A stretch of DNA of 64,000 bases from Alphaproteobacteria bacterium (GCA_965205265.1 CBDBGH010000003.1:3840001-3904000); one strand, 5' to 3'; counted from the first letter of the stretch, positions 39,612-49,502 are shown. Numbers and translations are program-made. Notes: a model not told the origin generated them from the sequence alone.

Positions 39612-39796
39612 GGCCCCTCTCCTCCAGGGAGAAGATCGGGTGAGGGCCTGCATGCGCGCCGGCGGAAGCGGCGGCGCCAACGCCGCCATTCGTATCGTTC
39701 GCCGCGTTCGGCGCGGCAGTGGGCGAAGCCCGGGAAACGCCTGTCGCGCGGAGAGGGCCCCCTCCCGGCCTTCCCTGCAAGCGGGAGAGGGGGAGA
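39612..39796. repeat. Degenerate REP/REPIN-like doublet (CCCTCTCC...GGGAGAGGG type)
   Basis: cccctctcctccagggagaagatcgggtgaggg (about 39614-39646) and ccccctcccggccttccctgcaagcgggagagggg (about 39757-39791) in inverted orientation. Confidence 0.5.
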
Positions 39797-39838
39797 AAGG
39801 AGCAGGCGAAGGAGGGGGATTCGAGAAAGGACGGGCCC

Positions 39839-39918
39839 CATGCCCGAATTGGCTACTGCCTATGCGTCGCCCGCATGGAGATCATGACATCGCATGACAG
39901 ACCGTGACATGTCATGAC
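39839..39918. repeat. Partial third copy of the element terminus (CATGAC array) overlapping the glcF stop
   Basis: 39858-39903 matches 39523-39568 at 45/46 nt. Confidence 0.85.
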
Positions 39919-41201
39919 GCGCCCGGCAGGCCCTCCGGCTTCGGCCCGCCCGTCGCCCAGTCGAGAAGCTGGGCGGTGTGGAGGACGGGGAGGCTCGTCG
40001 CGCCGGCGATCTGGACCATGCAGCCGATATTGCCGGCGGCGACGGCGTCCGGGCGCGTGCTCTCGATATGCGCCGCCTTGCGTGCGCCGAGCCGCCCCGC
40101 CAGCTCCGGCTGCAGCAGGTTGTAGGTGCCGGCGGACCCGCAGCAGATATGGCCCTCCGGCACGGCAAGCGGCGCGAAGCCCGCCGCCTCCAGCAGGCGC
40201 ACCGGCAGGTCCGCGATCTTCTGCCCGTGCTGCATCGAGCAGGCCGAGTGGTAGGCGATGCGCAGCTTCGGGGCCGTTCCCCGGGCGCGCGCCGCGAAGC
40301 CGAGCTCGTCCAGCACTTCGGTGAGGTCGCGCGTGCGCGCGGAGACCCGGGCGGCGTTCTCCGCCAGCGCCGGGTCGCCCCGCAGCATGTAGCCGTAGTC
40401 CTTGACCTGCGTGCCGCAGCCGGAGGCATTGACGACGATGCGGTCCGGCCGGGCGCTGAGCCAGGCGCGGACATTGGCCGCCGCCGCGCGCCTGCCGTCT
40501 TCGGCCCGCCCCATATGGTGGACCAGCGCCCCGCAGCAGCCCACCCCCTCCGCCACCACCACCTCCGCGCCGAAGCGCGTCAGCAGGCGCACCGTCGCCT
40601 CGTTGATGGCGGGGTCGAGCACCGTCTGCGCGCAGCCCGTCAGCAGCGCCACGCGCAGTCGCCTCTCCCCCTCGGCCGGGAAGGTCTGCGGGCGGTCCGC
40701 GGGCGAGGGCGTCGGCAGGCGGCGGGGCGCCATGCCCGCCATCGCGCCGAGCCGGCCCGGCAGCAAGCGGGCGAAGGGCTTCGCCGCCATCGCGCCGAGC
40801 AGGGCCCAGCGGAAGAGCGCCGGGCGCGGCAGCACGAAGGCGAGCCACCGGCGCAGCCAGCGCTCCGGCAGCGGGCGGGCGAAGGTCCGCTCGATATGGG
40901 CGCGCGCATGGTCCACCAGATGCATGTAGTTCACGCCCGAGGGGCAGGTGGTCATGCAGGAGAGGCAGGACAGGCAGCGGTCGATATGGCGCACCGTCAG
41001 CGCGTCGGCCGCCCGGTCGTTCTCCAGCATGTCCTTGATGAGGTAAATGCGCCCGCGCGGACTGTCGAGCTCGTCGCCGAGCAGCTTGAAGGTCGGGCAG
41101 GTGGCGGTGCAGAAGCCGCAATGCACGCAGCGCCGGAGGATCTGCTCGGAGGCCGCGACATCGGGATCGGCAAGCTGCGCCAGGCTGAAATTCGTCTGCA
41201 T
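39912..41201 (-). CDS. glcF: Glycolate oxidase Fe-S subunit
   Basis: MQTNFS, CVHCGFCTATCPT, DSPRGRI, CLSCLSCMTTCPSGV, two CCG domains. Confidence 0.94.
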   Translation of the reverse strand: MQTNFSLAQLADPDVAASEQILRRCVHCGFCTATCPTFKLLGDELDSPRGRIYLIKDMLENDRAADALTVRHIDRCLSCLSCMTTCPSGVNYMHLVDHARAHIERTFARPLPERWLRRWLAFVLPRPALFRWALLGAMAAKPFARLLPGRLGAMAGMAPRRLPTPSPADRPQTFPAEGERRLRVALLTGCAQTVLDPAINEATVRLLTRFGAEVVVAEGVGCCGALVHHMGRAEDGRRAAAANVRAWLSARPDRIVVNASGCGTQVKDYGYMLRGDPALAENAARVSARTRDLTEVLDELGFAARARGTAPKLRIAYHSACSMQHGQKIADLPVRLLEAAGFAPLAVPEGHICCGSAGTYNLLQPELAGRLGARKAAHIESTRPDAVAAGNIGCMVQIAGATSLPVLHTAQLLDWATGGPKPEGLPGAS

Positions 41202-42361
41202 CAGAGGCCCTCGCCCATGCGGCCCGGATTGAGGATGCGCTTCGGGTCGAAGCTCTCCTTCACCCGCCGCGAGAGCGCCGCCAGCGCCGGCGGCTGCGGG
41301 TGGAAGACGGGCTCGCTTGCGCGGACTGCATCGGGCGCGCGAATGCAGGTCGCATGGCCGGCGAGGCCCTCGCGGATCGCCGCCCCGTGCCGCCCCGCCT
41401 CCAGCGCCAGCCAGAGGAGCCCGCCCGCCCAGTCTAACAGCCGGCCCGCGATCGGCAGGCCCCGTTCGGCGAGCCTGACGGCCACCGCCGCCCCGTCGGC
41501 CGGCGCCACGGAGAGCCGCCAGAGCTGCTCGCCCCGCCCCGTGAGCCCGCGCAGGTCGCGGACATCCTCCCAGAAGGCGCGCGAGGCGGCGTCGGCCAGC
41601 ACCTCCGCCTCGCCGCCGAAATGCGCCAGCAGCGCCTCGCGCCGGCTCGCCACGGACACCGCCGGGCCTTCGAGCCGGAGCCCCGTGCGGCCGCCCCCGT
41701 CCGGCGCGTGGGCGAAGCCGGAGACCTCCGCCGGCAGGCCAGAGGCCGCGGTCATCAGCGCCACGGCCGCCGCATCGTCCAGGCCCCGGAACACAACCGT
41801 CTCCTCGGTTTCCGGCTTCGGCAGCACCTTGACGGTGATCTCGCTCATCACGCCGAGCGTGCCGTGCGAGCCCGCCATCAGCTTGGAGAGGTCGTAGCCG
41901 GTCACGTTCTTCATCACCCGCCCGCCGGACTTGAAAGGTTCGCCCCGCCCGCTGACGGCGCGGAAGCCCAGCACATGGTCGCGCGCCGCCCCCGCCCGGA
42001 TGCGGCGCGGGCCGGAGGCGTTGACCGCGACCGCACCGCCGAGCGTGCCCCGGCCGGCCGGGCCGCCCAGAATGGCGCCGTAATCCGCGGGCTCGAAGGC
42101 GAGCTGCTGGCCCTGCTGGTCGAGCAGGCCCTGGATTTCGCGAAGCGGCGTGCCGGCGCCCGCGGTCAGCACGAGCTCCGCCGGCTCGTAGAGCGAGACG
42201 CCGCGCATGGCGGCCGCGGTGAGCCGGCGCCCGGCCTCTACGGTATGGCCGAAGCCGCGCTTGCTGCCCTCGCCCTCGACCGCGAGCGGGGCATCCTGCG
42301 CGACCGCCCAGGCTATCGCCTCCTCCAGCTCGGCCTCGTCGCGGGGCGCCAGCTCCTCCAT
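41201..42361 (-). CDS. glcE: Glycolate oxidase FAD-binding subunit
   Basis: YEPAELV, AFEP, GGRVMKNVTGYDL, FDP..ILNPGR. Confidence 0.92.
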   Translation of the reverse strand: MEELAPRDEAELEEAIAWAVAQDAPLAVEGEGSKRGFGHTVEAGRRLTAAAMRGVSLYEPAELVLTAGAGTPLREIQGLLDQQGQQLAFEPADYGAILGGPAGRGTLGGAVAVNASGPRRIRAGAARDHVLGFRAVSGRGEPFKSGGRVMKNVTGYDLSKLMAGSHGTLGVMSEITVKVLPKPETEETVVFRGLDDAAAVALMTAASGLPAEVSGFAHAPDGGGRTGLRLEGPAVSVASRREALLAHFGGEAEVLADAASRAFWEDVRDLRGLTGRGEQLWRLSVAPADGAAVAVRLAERGLPIAGRLLDWAGGLLWLALEAGRHGAAIREGLAGHATCIRAPDAVRASEPVFHPQPPALAALSRRVKESFDPKRILNPGRMGEGL

Positions 42362-42384
42362 GCCGCCGGGTCCAGCAGGCCGGC

Positions 42385-43878
42385 TCAGAAGCGCGGCAGG
42401 TCCGGGAAGGGCAGCGCGCCGCCCCGGACATGCATCCGCCCGAGCTCGGCGCAGCGCCGCAGGGTCGGGAAGACCTTGCCGGGATTGAGCCGGTGTTCGG
42501 GGTCGAAGGCGCATTTGACCCGCTGCTGCTGGTCGAGGTCGGCCTCTGTGAACATCGCGCCCATCAGGTCGCGCTTCTCGACGCCGACGCCGTGCTCGCC
42601 GGTCAGCACGCCGCCGACCGCGACGCAGAGCTTCAATATGTCCGCGCCGAAGGCCTCCGCCTTCTCGATATCGCCCGGCCGGTTGGCGTCGTAGAGGATC
42701 AGCGGGTGCAGGTTTCCGTCGCCGGCATGGAACACGTTCGCGACGCGCAGCCCGTGCCTGCCGGCGAGTTCCGTTATGCCGGCCAGCACTTCGGCGAGCC
42801 GGCCGCGCGGAATGGTGCCGTCCATGCACAGATAGTCCGGCCCGATGGCGCCGACGGCCGGGAAGGCGTTCTTGCGCCCGGCCCAGAAGCCGAGCCGCTC
42901 CTCCTCGCTCTCGGAAGCGCGGACGGTCGTCGCGCCGGCGTCCCGCGCCATGGCCGAGACCCGTTCGACGAGATGGTCCACCTCGGAGGCCTCGCCGTCG
43001 AGTTCGCAGATCAGCAGCGAGGCGGCGTCCGTCGGGTAGCCGCAGGGCTGGAAGTCCTCCGCTGCGCGGATCGCCGGCCCGTCCATCATCTCGAGCCCGC
43101 CGGGGACAATGCCGGCCGCGATGATGTCCGCCACGCAGCCTGCGCCCGCCTCCACCGTCGGGAAGGCGAGCAGCAGGCCGCGCGCCGTCTCCGGCTTCGC
43201 CAGCAGGCGCACCGTCACCTCCGTAATGACGCCCAGCAGGCCCTCCGAGCCGGTCATCAGCCCCATCAGGTCGTAGCCCTCGGAGTCCAGGTGCTTGCCG
43301 CCGAGACGCACGATCTCGCCGCCCATGAGCACGATTTCGAGGCCGAGGATGTTGTTGGTCGTCAGGCCGTATTTCAGGCAGTGCACGCCGCCCGAATTCT
43401 CGCCGACATTGCCGCCGATGGAACACGCGATCTGCGAGGAGGGGTCGGGCGCGTAGTAGAAGCCGCGCGCCGCGACCGCATCGCTGATCGCGAGATTGGC
43501 CACGCCCGGCTGCACGCGCGCGCACCGGTTCCCGTAGTCGATCTCCAGGATGCGGTTGAACTTGCCCATGGCGAGCAGGATGCCGTCGCCGAGCGGCATG
43601 GCGCCGCCGGACAGCGAGGTGCCGGCCCCGCGCGGCACGACCTTGACGTTCATCCCGGCGGCGAGCGCCATGACCGCCTGCACCTGGCTCACCGTCTCCG
43701 GCAGGGCGACGACGAGCGGCAGCTGGCGGTACATGGTGAGCGCGTCGCACTCATAGGCGCGCATCCCCGCCTCTTCGGCGATCACGCTCTCGTCGGGCAG
43801 GATCGCGCGCAGCCGGCGGATCAGCCGGTCGCGGTTCTCCAGGATCGCCGCCTCGGGCGCCGGCATGGTGAGCGACAT
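42385..43878 (-). CDS. glcD: Glycolate oxidase subunit
   Basis: PRGAGTSLSGG, PDPSSQIAC, HCLKYG, HAGDGNLHP, GEHGVGVEK. Confidence 0.94.
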   Translation of the reverse strand: MSLTMPAPEAAILENRDRLIRRLRAILPDESVIAEEAGMRAYECDALTMYRQLPLVVALPETVSQVQAVMALAAGMNVKVVPRGAGTSLSGGAMPLGDGILLAMGKFNRILEIDYGNRCARVQPGVANLAISDAVAARGFYYAPDPSSQIACSIGGNVGENSGGVHCLKYGLTTNNILGLEIVLMGGEIVRLGGKHLDSEGYDLMGLMTGSEGLLGVITEVTVRLLAKPETARGLLLAFPTVEAGAGCVADIIAAGIVPGGLEMMDGPAIRAAEDFQPCGYPTDAASLLICELDGEASEVDHLVERVSAMARDAGATTVRASESEEERLGFWAGRKNAFPAVGAIGPDYLCMDGTIPRGRLAEVLAGITELAGRHGLRVANVFHAGDGNLHPLILYDANRPGDIEKAEAFGADILKLCVAVGGVLTGEHGVGVEKRDLMGAMFTEADLDQQQRVKCAFDPEHRLNPGKVFPTLRRCAELGRMHVRGGALPFPDLPRF

Positions 43879-44040
43879 GAACAGAAGCCTCCCCGACCGC
43901 CCGCCAGTCTAGGAGGTTTCCCGCGCGAACGGAAACGCCCGCGGGCCTCTTCTGTCATTGCATGCGCCACATACGGTTGATAACTGATATCAGGTCGATT
44001 ATAAAACGACCGCAAGTCGATTGCGAATGGGTTTTGGCGC

Positions 44041-45216
44041 ATGTTGTTCGCATATCGCGCTCTGGACAACGCGGAACGGCGGGTCGAGGCTGCAACGGCC
44101 CGGATACGCGCCGAGCTGCGCCAGTATGTGGTCACGGAACCGCGCCGCTGGACGGGCCTTCTGGCCCGCATGACCCGCGCCCGCGCCCTCGCCGCGTCCA
44201 ACAGCATCGAAGGCATCCATGTGTCGGACGAGGACGCCATCGCCGCCATCGACCGCGAAGACCCGGCCGACACGGACCGCGACACCTGGCGGGCCGTTAC
44301 CGGCTATCGCGAAGCGATGGACTACATCCTGCAGCGGCGGCAGAGCCCCTCGTTCAGGATCACCGAGGACGTTCTGCTGGCCGTCCACTTCATGATTTGC
44401 CAGTCGGACTTCGGCGCGCGTCCCGGCCAGTACCGGCCGGGCTGGGTGGGCGTCAGGAACGCGAGGACCGGCGATCTGGTCCATGAGGGCGTGGACCGCG
44501 ACCGGCTGGAGCCCCTGATCCACGAACTCCTGGACTATGTGAATGACGGGGAGGTTGAGTCGGTTTTCCTGCGCGCCGCCATGACGCATCTCAATCTGGC
44601 GATGCTGCATCCGTTCTCGGACGGCAACGGCAGGACCGCCAGGTGTCTTCAAACGGCGGTGCTTGCGAGCGACGGGATCGTCGCTCCCGCGTTTTCCTCC
44701 ATCGAGGAATATACCGGGCGCAACCAGCAGCAATATTACGACGTGCTGGCGGAGGTCGGCGGCGGCGGATGGAACCCGGAGCGCAGCGCCAAACCCTGGG
44801 TCCGGTTTTGCCTGACCGGCCATTACCGGCAGGCGCAAACGCTTCTTCGCCGGACAAGGGAGCTGGAGCGGGTCTATGCGGAACTCGAGGATCTGGTTGC
44901 GGCGAACAGGCTTCCCGAACGCATGTCCATGGCGCTGCTGCAGGCCGCCTTCGGCGGCAGGGTGAGGAACTCGTCCTATCGGGTCAGCGCCGACATATCC
45001 AAGAATCTCGCCACCCGGGACCTGAAGGCGCTTGTCGATGCCGGCCTCCTTGTCCCCGAAGGTGAAAAACGCGGCCGGTTCTACGTTCCGTCCACCGCCG
45101 TGGCCGAGCTTCGCCGGAAGGCGCGCCTCGACAGGATCATCGACGATCCGTTTGCTGAGGATGGACCGGTGCAAATGGCCGCCCGCCAATCGAGTCTGTT
45201 CGCCGCCAACATATGA
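44041..45216 (+). CDS. Fic-family protein (class II) with C-terminal wHTH
   Basis: SNSIEG inhibitory motif; HPFSDGNGRTAR; ATRDLKALV..G wHTH. Confidence 0.92.
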   Translation: MLFAYRALDNAERRVEAATARIRAELRQYVVTEPRRWTGLLARMTRARALAASNSIEGIHVSDEDAIAAIDREDPADTDRDTWRAVTGYREAMDYILQRRQSPSFRITEDVLLAVHFMICQSDFGARPGQYRPGWVGVRNARTGDLVHEGVDRDRLEPLIHELLDYVNDGEVESVFLRAAMTHLNLAMLHPFSDGNGRTARCLQTAVLASDGIVAPAFSSIEEYTGRNQQQYYDVLAEVGGGGWNPERSAKPWVRFCLTGHYRQAQTLLRRTRELERVYAELEDLVAANRLPERMSMALLQAAFGGRVRNSSYRVSADISKNLATRDLKALVDAGLLVPEGEKRGRFYVPSTAVAELRRKARLDRIIDDPFAEDGPVQMAARQSSLFAANI

Positions 45217-45276
45217 CCCGGCCCGCGCCGCGCGCTATGCTGGCGGCCGGTAAGGACAGCGGCGGAGGGCCGGGCT

Positions 45277-46449
45277 ATGGCGGGCGGCACGTGGATTTCC
45301 TTTCCCCACAGCGAGGGCGAGACCAACCGGCGGGCGCATGTCCGGCTGCCCGAAGGCCGTTTCGAGCGCGAGCTCGGCCGCGAGGGCTTCTTCGGGCCGG
45401 CGGCGCACATGTACCACCGCAACCCGCCGACCGCCTGGACCGGCTGGGAAGGCCCGCTCCGCCCCCGCGCCTTCGACCTGAACAAACTGCCCGCCGCCGC
45501 CTCGCCCTGGGAGGCCCGGCGGGTGCTGCACAACGCCCATGTCGATTACCGCTTCTGGCGCGCGGACGGGCGCATGGATCATCTCGTCCGCAACGGCGAC
45601 GGCGACGACCTGCTCTTCCTGCATCGCGGCCAAGGCGACTTCTTCTGCGATTACGGCCGGCTCCCCGTCGAGCAGGGGGATTATGTCGTCATCCCGCGCG
45701 GCACCATGTGGCGGCTGGATGCCGAGGGGCCGGCGGAAGCGCTGCTGATCGAGGCGACGGGCGGTTTCTACCGGCTGCCGGAGAAGGGCATGGTGGGCCG
45801 CCATGCGGTGTTCGACCCGGCCGCGCTGGCGCTGCCACGCATCGACGAGGCCTTCCGCGCCCAGCAGGGGCCGGGCGCGTGGCAGGTGCGGATCAAGCGG
45901 CGGGGCGCGATCAGCTGCGCGACCTTCCCCTTCAACCCGCTGGATGCCGTCGGCTGGCACGGGGATCTCTCCGTCGCCAAGCTCAATGTGCGCGAGATCA
46001 GGCCGCTGATGAGCCACCGCTACCACCTGCCGCCTTCCGCGCACACCACTTTCGTCGCCGACCGCTTCGTCGTCTGCACCTTCGCGCCGCGCCCGGCGGA
46101 GTCCGACCCCGAGGCGCTCAAGGTGCCGTTCTTCCACAACAATGACGATTACGACGAGGTGATCTTCTACCACTCCGGCGATTTCTTCAGCCGCGACGGC
46201 ATCGACGCCGGCATGGTGACATTGCACCCCTGCGGCTTCGCCCACGGCCCCCACCCCAAGGCGCTGTCGCGCATGCTCAGCGGCGGCAAGGCGTTCCTCG
46301 ACGAATATGCCGTGATGCTGGATACGCGCGACGCTCTCGACGTGGGGGACCTGCCGGAAGACATCGAATGGGCCGGCTATGTCGACAGCTGGCGGGGCGG
46401 GCTCGCCTTTGCGCCCGACGCGCCGGAAAACGGCGGCGGCGGGACGTAG
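45277..46449 (+). CDS. hmgA: Homogentisate 1,2-dioxygenase
   Basis: GREGFFG, RNGDGD, PFNPLDAVGW.G, HLPPSAH, FH.NDDYDEV, HGPHP. Confidence 0.9.
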   Translation: MAGGTWISFPHSEGETNRRAHVRLPEGRFERELGREGFFGPAAHMYHRNPPTAWTGWEGPLRPRAFDLNKLPAAASPWEARRVLHNAHVDYRFWRADGRMDHLVRNGDGDDLLFLHRGQGDFFCDYGRLPVEQGDYVVIPRGTMWRLDAEGPAEALLIEATGGFYRLPEKGMVGRHAVFDPAALALPRIDEAFRAQQGPGAWQVRIKRRGAISCATFPFNPLDAVGWHGDLSVAKLNVREIRPLMSHRYHLPPSAHTTFVADRFVVCTFAPRPAESDPEALKVPFFHNNDDYDEVIFYHSGDFFSRDGIDAGMVTLHPCGFAHGPHPKALSRMLSGGKAFLDEYAVMLDTRDALDVGDLPEDIEWAGYVDSWRGGLAFAPDAPENGGGGT

Positions 46450-46467
46450 CGCCTCCGGAAACCCGCC

Positions 46468-48351
46468 ATGCGCCCCGCCTCTCTCCTGAAGTGGGCCGGG
46501 CTGGCGCTGGTCATCCTTGTCGCGGCCGCGGCCGCGCTTCTCCTCTCGCTCGATGTCGGCAGCTACCGCGGCCAGATCGAAGCGGAATTCCGCAAGGCGA
46601 CCGGCCGCGATCTTGCCATTGGCGGCGATATCGGCCTCTCGATCTCGCTCAGTCCCGCCGTGGTCGTGGAGCGGGTCTCCATCGCCAATGCCGGCTGGGG
46701 CTCGCGCCCGGCGATGGTCGCGCTCGAACGCGCCGAGGCCGAAGTCGAGCTGCTGCCGCTGCTCGCCGGCGATATCCGCGTGACCCGGCTCGTCCTGATC
46801 GAGCCCGACATCCTGCTCGAGACGAATGCGGACGGCCTCTCCAACTGGCGGACAGGACCGTCTTCGGGCGACCGGTCCGGCGTACCTGCCGGCTCCGCGA
46901 AGAAAGCCGGTCGGGAGAGCGGGGCAAGCGCCCGGCCGCCCGTTCCGGTCTTCAACCATGTGGAAGTCCGCCGTGGACGCCTGACCTACAGGGACGCGCG
47001 GACCGGAAGCGAGATGCGCTTCGACCTGGAACGGGCATCGGCAAGGGCGGCCCCCCTGGGCGCACTACTAGAGATCGGGGCTGAGGGCGCCTGGAACGGA
47101 GTGCCGTTTTCGCTCTCGGGCACGGTTGAATCCCTGGCCGGCGTCGCCGCGGGGGAGCCGGCGGTGGTCGACTTCGAGTCCGCGCTCGGCGCCAGCGACC
47201 TCGCCGGGCGGATCGAGCTTGCGCTGGCGGGGCCGCGCCCGCGCCTTGCCGGGAGGCTCAGGGCCGGCGTAATCGACCTCGTCGGGCTGCGGGCGAAACC
47301 CGACGGCAGCGGGCGTCCTGTCGGTTCGCCCGGCGGCGCGAAGCCTGAGAAGATGGGCCCGGGCCGGGTGTTCTCCGACGACCCGTTTTCCCTGGACGGG
47401 CTCGGGGCCGTCGATCTGGACCTGGCCCTGAGCATCGGGAAGCTCTCCGGCTATGCCGTTCCGGTCGGTGCGCTGGATACCCGCGTGAGCCTCGACGACG
47501 GCAGGCTCGCGGCAAAGCCGTTCCGGGCGACCGTCGCCGGGAGCCGGGTGGAGGGCGAACTGCACATCGATGCGCGAGGCGCGCCGCCGGGCCTTCGCCT
47601 CGCCGCAAGGGCCGCGGAACTGGATGTCGGCCGGCTGCTGGACGAGTCCGGCATTACCGATCTCTTCGAGGGCAAGGCAAAGGCGAGCGTCGATCTTTCG
47701 GGTTCCGGCGGGTCGATTGCCGCACTGATGGCCGGCCTCGACGGCGATATCCGGATTGTCGGCGGCAACGGCCGCCTGAAGACGGAGGCCATCGACGCGG
47801 CGGTCGGCGGCGCAAATGCCCTGCTCGGCACGCTGTTCGAAGGCCGCGAGCAATGGACGGTCGTCAATTGCGCGGTTGCGTCCGTCGGCATCGTGAAGGG
47901 GCGCGCGACGAGCCGGGCAACCCTGATCGACACCGAATATTCGACCGTCGCCGCAAAGGGCACGGCGGACCTGGCCTCGGAAACGCTCGACCTCGTCGTC
48001 GAGCCGCAGGCGAAATCGGCAACCCTCAATGTCGCCGTGCCGGTCCATGTCCGGGGCAGCTTCGCCGAGCCGAAAATCCGGCCCGACACCGGCGCGGCGC
48101 TGAAGAAACTCGGCGGGCTCGCCGCCCTCGCGCTGTTCCCGCCCGCCGCCATCGTCGGCCTCGGCGAACTCGGCGGCGGCGACAATGAATGCCTGAAGAC
48201 CGCCGCAGCCGGTCCGAAAACAGGCGCGGCGGCCGGGCCGGAATCCCCGCCGCCGGAAAAGGCGGTCCGGGATCTCAGGGACAATCTCAAGGGCGCGGTG
48301 AAGGATATCGGCCGCGGCCTGAAGGGCCTGTTCCGGGGCGGGAAGGACTGA
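46468..48351 (+). CDS. AsmA-family protein
   Basis: N-terminal TM, ATGRDL.IGG, LLPLL.G.I.V.RL.L, NW; beta-rich C-terminus PVHVRGSF..P. Confidence 0.85.
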   Translation: MRPASLLKWAGLALVILVAAAAALLLSLDVGSYRGQIEAEFRKATGRDLAIGGDIGLSISLSPAVVVERVSIANAGWGSRPAMVALERAEAEVELLPLLAGDIRVTRLVLIEPDILLETNADGLSNWRTGPSSGDRSGVPAGSAKKAGRESGASARPPVPVFNHVEVRRGRLTYRDARTGSEMRFDLERASARAAPLGALLEIGAEGAWNGVPFSLSGTVESLAGVAAGEPAVVDFESALGASDLAGRIELALAGPRPRLAGRLRAGVIDLVGLRAKPDGSGRPVGSPGGAKPEKMGPGRVFSDDPFSLDGLGAVDLDLALSIGKLSGYAVPVGALDTRVSLDDGRLAAKPFRATVAGSRVEGELHIDARGAPPGLRLAARAAELDVGRLLDESGITDLFEGKAKASVDLSGSGGSIAALMAGLDGDIRIVGGNGRLKTEAIDAAVGGANALLGTLFEGREQWTVVNCAVASVGIVKGRATSRATLIDTEYSTVAAKGTADLASETLDLVVEPQAKSATLNVAVPVHVRGSFAEPKIRPDTGAALKKLGGLAALALFPPAAIVGLGELGGGDNECLKTAAAGPKTGAAAGPESPPPEKAVRDLRDNLKGAVKDIGRGLKGLFRGGKD

Positions 48352-48389
48352 TACCGGCGGCACCGGGTTGCCACTCATGGAGAATGCGC

Positions 48390-48550
48390 CCCGCCGCCTG
48401 CCCTCGCGAAAGCGGGGGCGTCCCGGTTCCCCTTCAGCGTCACCCCGGCCGGAACGGAGCGAAGCGGAGTGAAGAGCCGGGGTCTCCCTGCGGGGTGCCC
48501 CTGCCGCGGGAGGTCCCGGATCGGCGCTGACGCGCCGTCCGGGACGACGG
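48390..48550. repeat. Alphaproteobacterial REP-like palindromic cluster
   Basis: gccctcgcgaaagcggggg (its reverse complement occurs at about 39430-39448); cgtcaccccgg...gagcgaagcggag...ccggggtc; tcccgga...tccgggacgacg. Confidence 0.65.
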
Positions 48551-48586
48551 CAAAGGCTCATTGGTTCGTGCTTGCAGCCGCCGGTA

Positions 48587-48817
48587 TCACTCGGCGGCGG
48601 AAGACATCGACCTCCGCTCCCGGTCGGCGGCGAATGCGAGGCAGGCGCGGATATCCTCTTCGACGAGATACGGGAAGTCTTCGAGGATTTCCGGGACGGT
48701 CATGCCGGAGGCGAGATAGTCGAGGACATCGTAAACGGCGATCCGCATGCCCCGGATGCAGGGCCGGCCGCCGCGCTTGCCGGGCTCGATGGTAATGCGG
48801 CCGTCATAGTCCGCCAC
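48587..48817 (-). CDS. DUF433-family protein (putative antitoxin), orphan
   Basis: RITIEPGKRGGRPCIRGMRI.VYDVL.YLASG...EIL.DFP.L..EDIRACL.FAA. Confidence 0.88.
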   Translation of the reverse strand: MADYDGRITIEPGKRGGRPCIRGMRIAVYDVLDYLASGMTVPEILEDFPYLVEEDIRACLAFAADRERRSMSSAAE

Positions 48818-48950
48818 TGCCGGTACCTCCCGCCGCTCGTTCCGTCGGGACACAGGGTGTGCTTCCCGACTCCAGCAAACCGGCCCGGCATCCGCGAGAC
48901 CGCGCAGCCGACCTCGACAGGGACAGTTCGGCGCGCCATGCTCGCATCCC

Positions 48951-49502
48951 ATGACCGGCGCGTCCTTCATCCGCACCGTGCCCGAAGGCGACGACCGGGA
49001 GCGGCTGGTCTGCGCCGATTGCGGGCATATCGCCTATGAGAACCCGAAGGTCGTGGTGGGCTCGGTCGCGGCATTCGGCGACCGGCTGCTGCTCTGCCGG
49101 CGCGCCATCGAGCCGCGCAAGGGCTTCTGGACCCTGCCCGCGGGCTATCTGGAACTGCACGAGACGCCCGAGGACGGAGCGAGGCGCGAGGCGGTCGAGG
49201 AGGCCTGCGCGGCCATCGAGATCGACCGGCTGCTCGCCGTCTTCTCCATCCCGCGCCTCTCGCAGGTGCAGCTCATCTTCCGCGCGCGCCTCGCCTCACC
49301 CAAGATCGCGCCGGGCCCCGAGAGCGCCGATGCGCGCCTGATGCGCTGGGAGGAGATTCCCTGGGACGAGATCGCCTTTCCGTCCGTCCGCTGGTCGCTC
49401 GACGCCTGGCGGCGGACGCTGGGCCAGGCGGATTTCGCGCCCCTCGGCAACCCGCCCGGAGAAACCGGCGACATGCGCGCCGGCAGGCCGGATCACACGT
49501 AG
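48951..49502 (+). CDS. NUDIX hydrolase
   Basis: CADCG..YENPK; Nudix box PAGYLELHETPEDGARREAVEEA. Confidence 0.92.
   Translation: MTGASFIRTVPEGDDRERLVCADCGHIAYENPKVVVGSVAAFGDRLLLCRRAIEPRKGFWTLPAGYLELHETPEDGARREAVEEACAAIEIDRLLAVFSIPRLSQVQLIFRARLASPKIAPGPESADARLMRWEEIPWDEIAFPSVRWSLDAWRRTLGQADFAPLGNPPGETGDMRAGRPDHT

Noticed and set aside
39504-39918. Two 46-bp repeats considered as a mini-CRISPR or DGR TR/VR pair
   Set aside because: Spacing of 335 bp is too long for CRISPR; no reverse transcriptase; differences are not adenine-specific.
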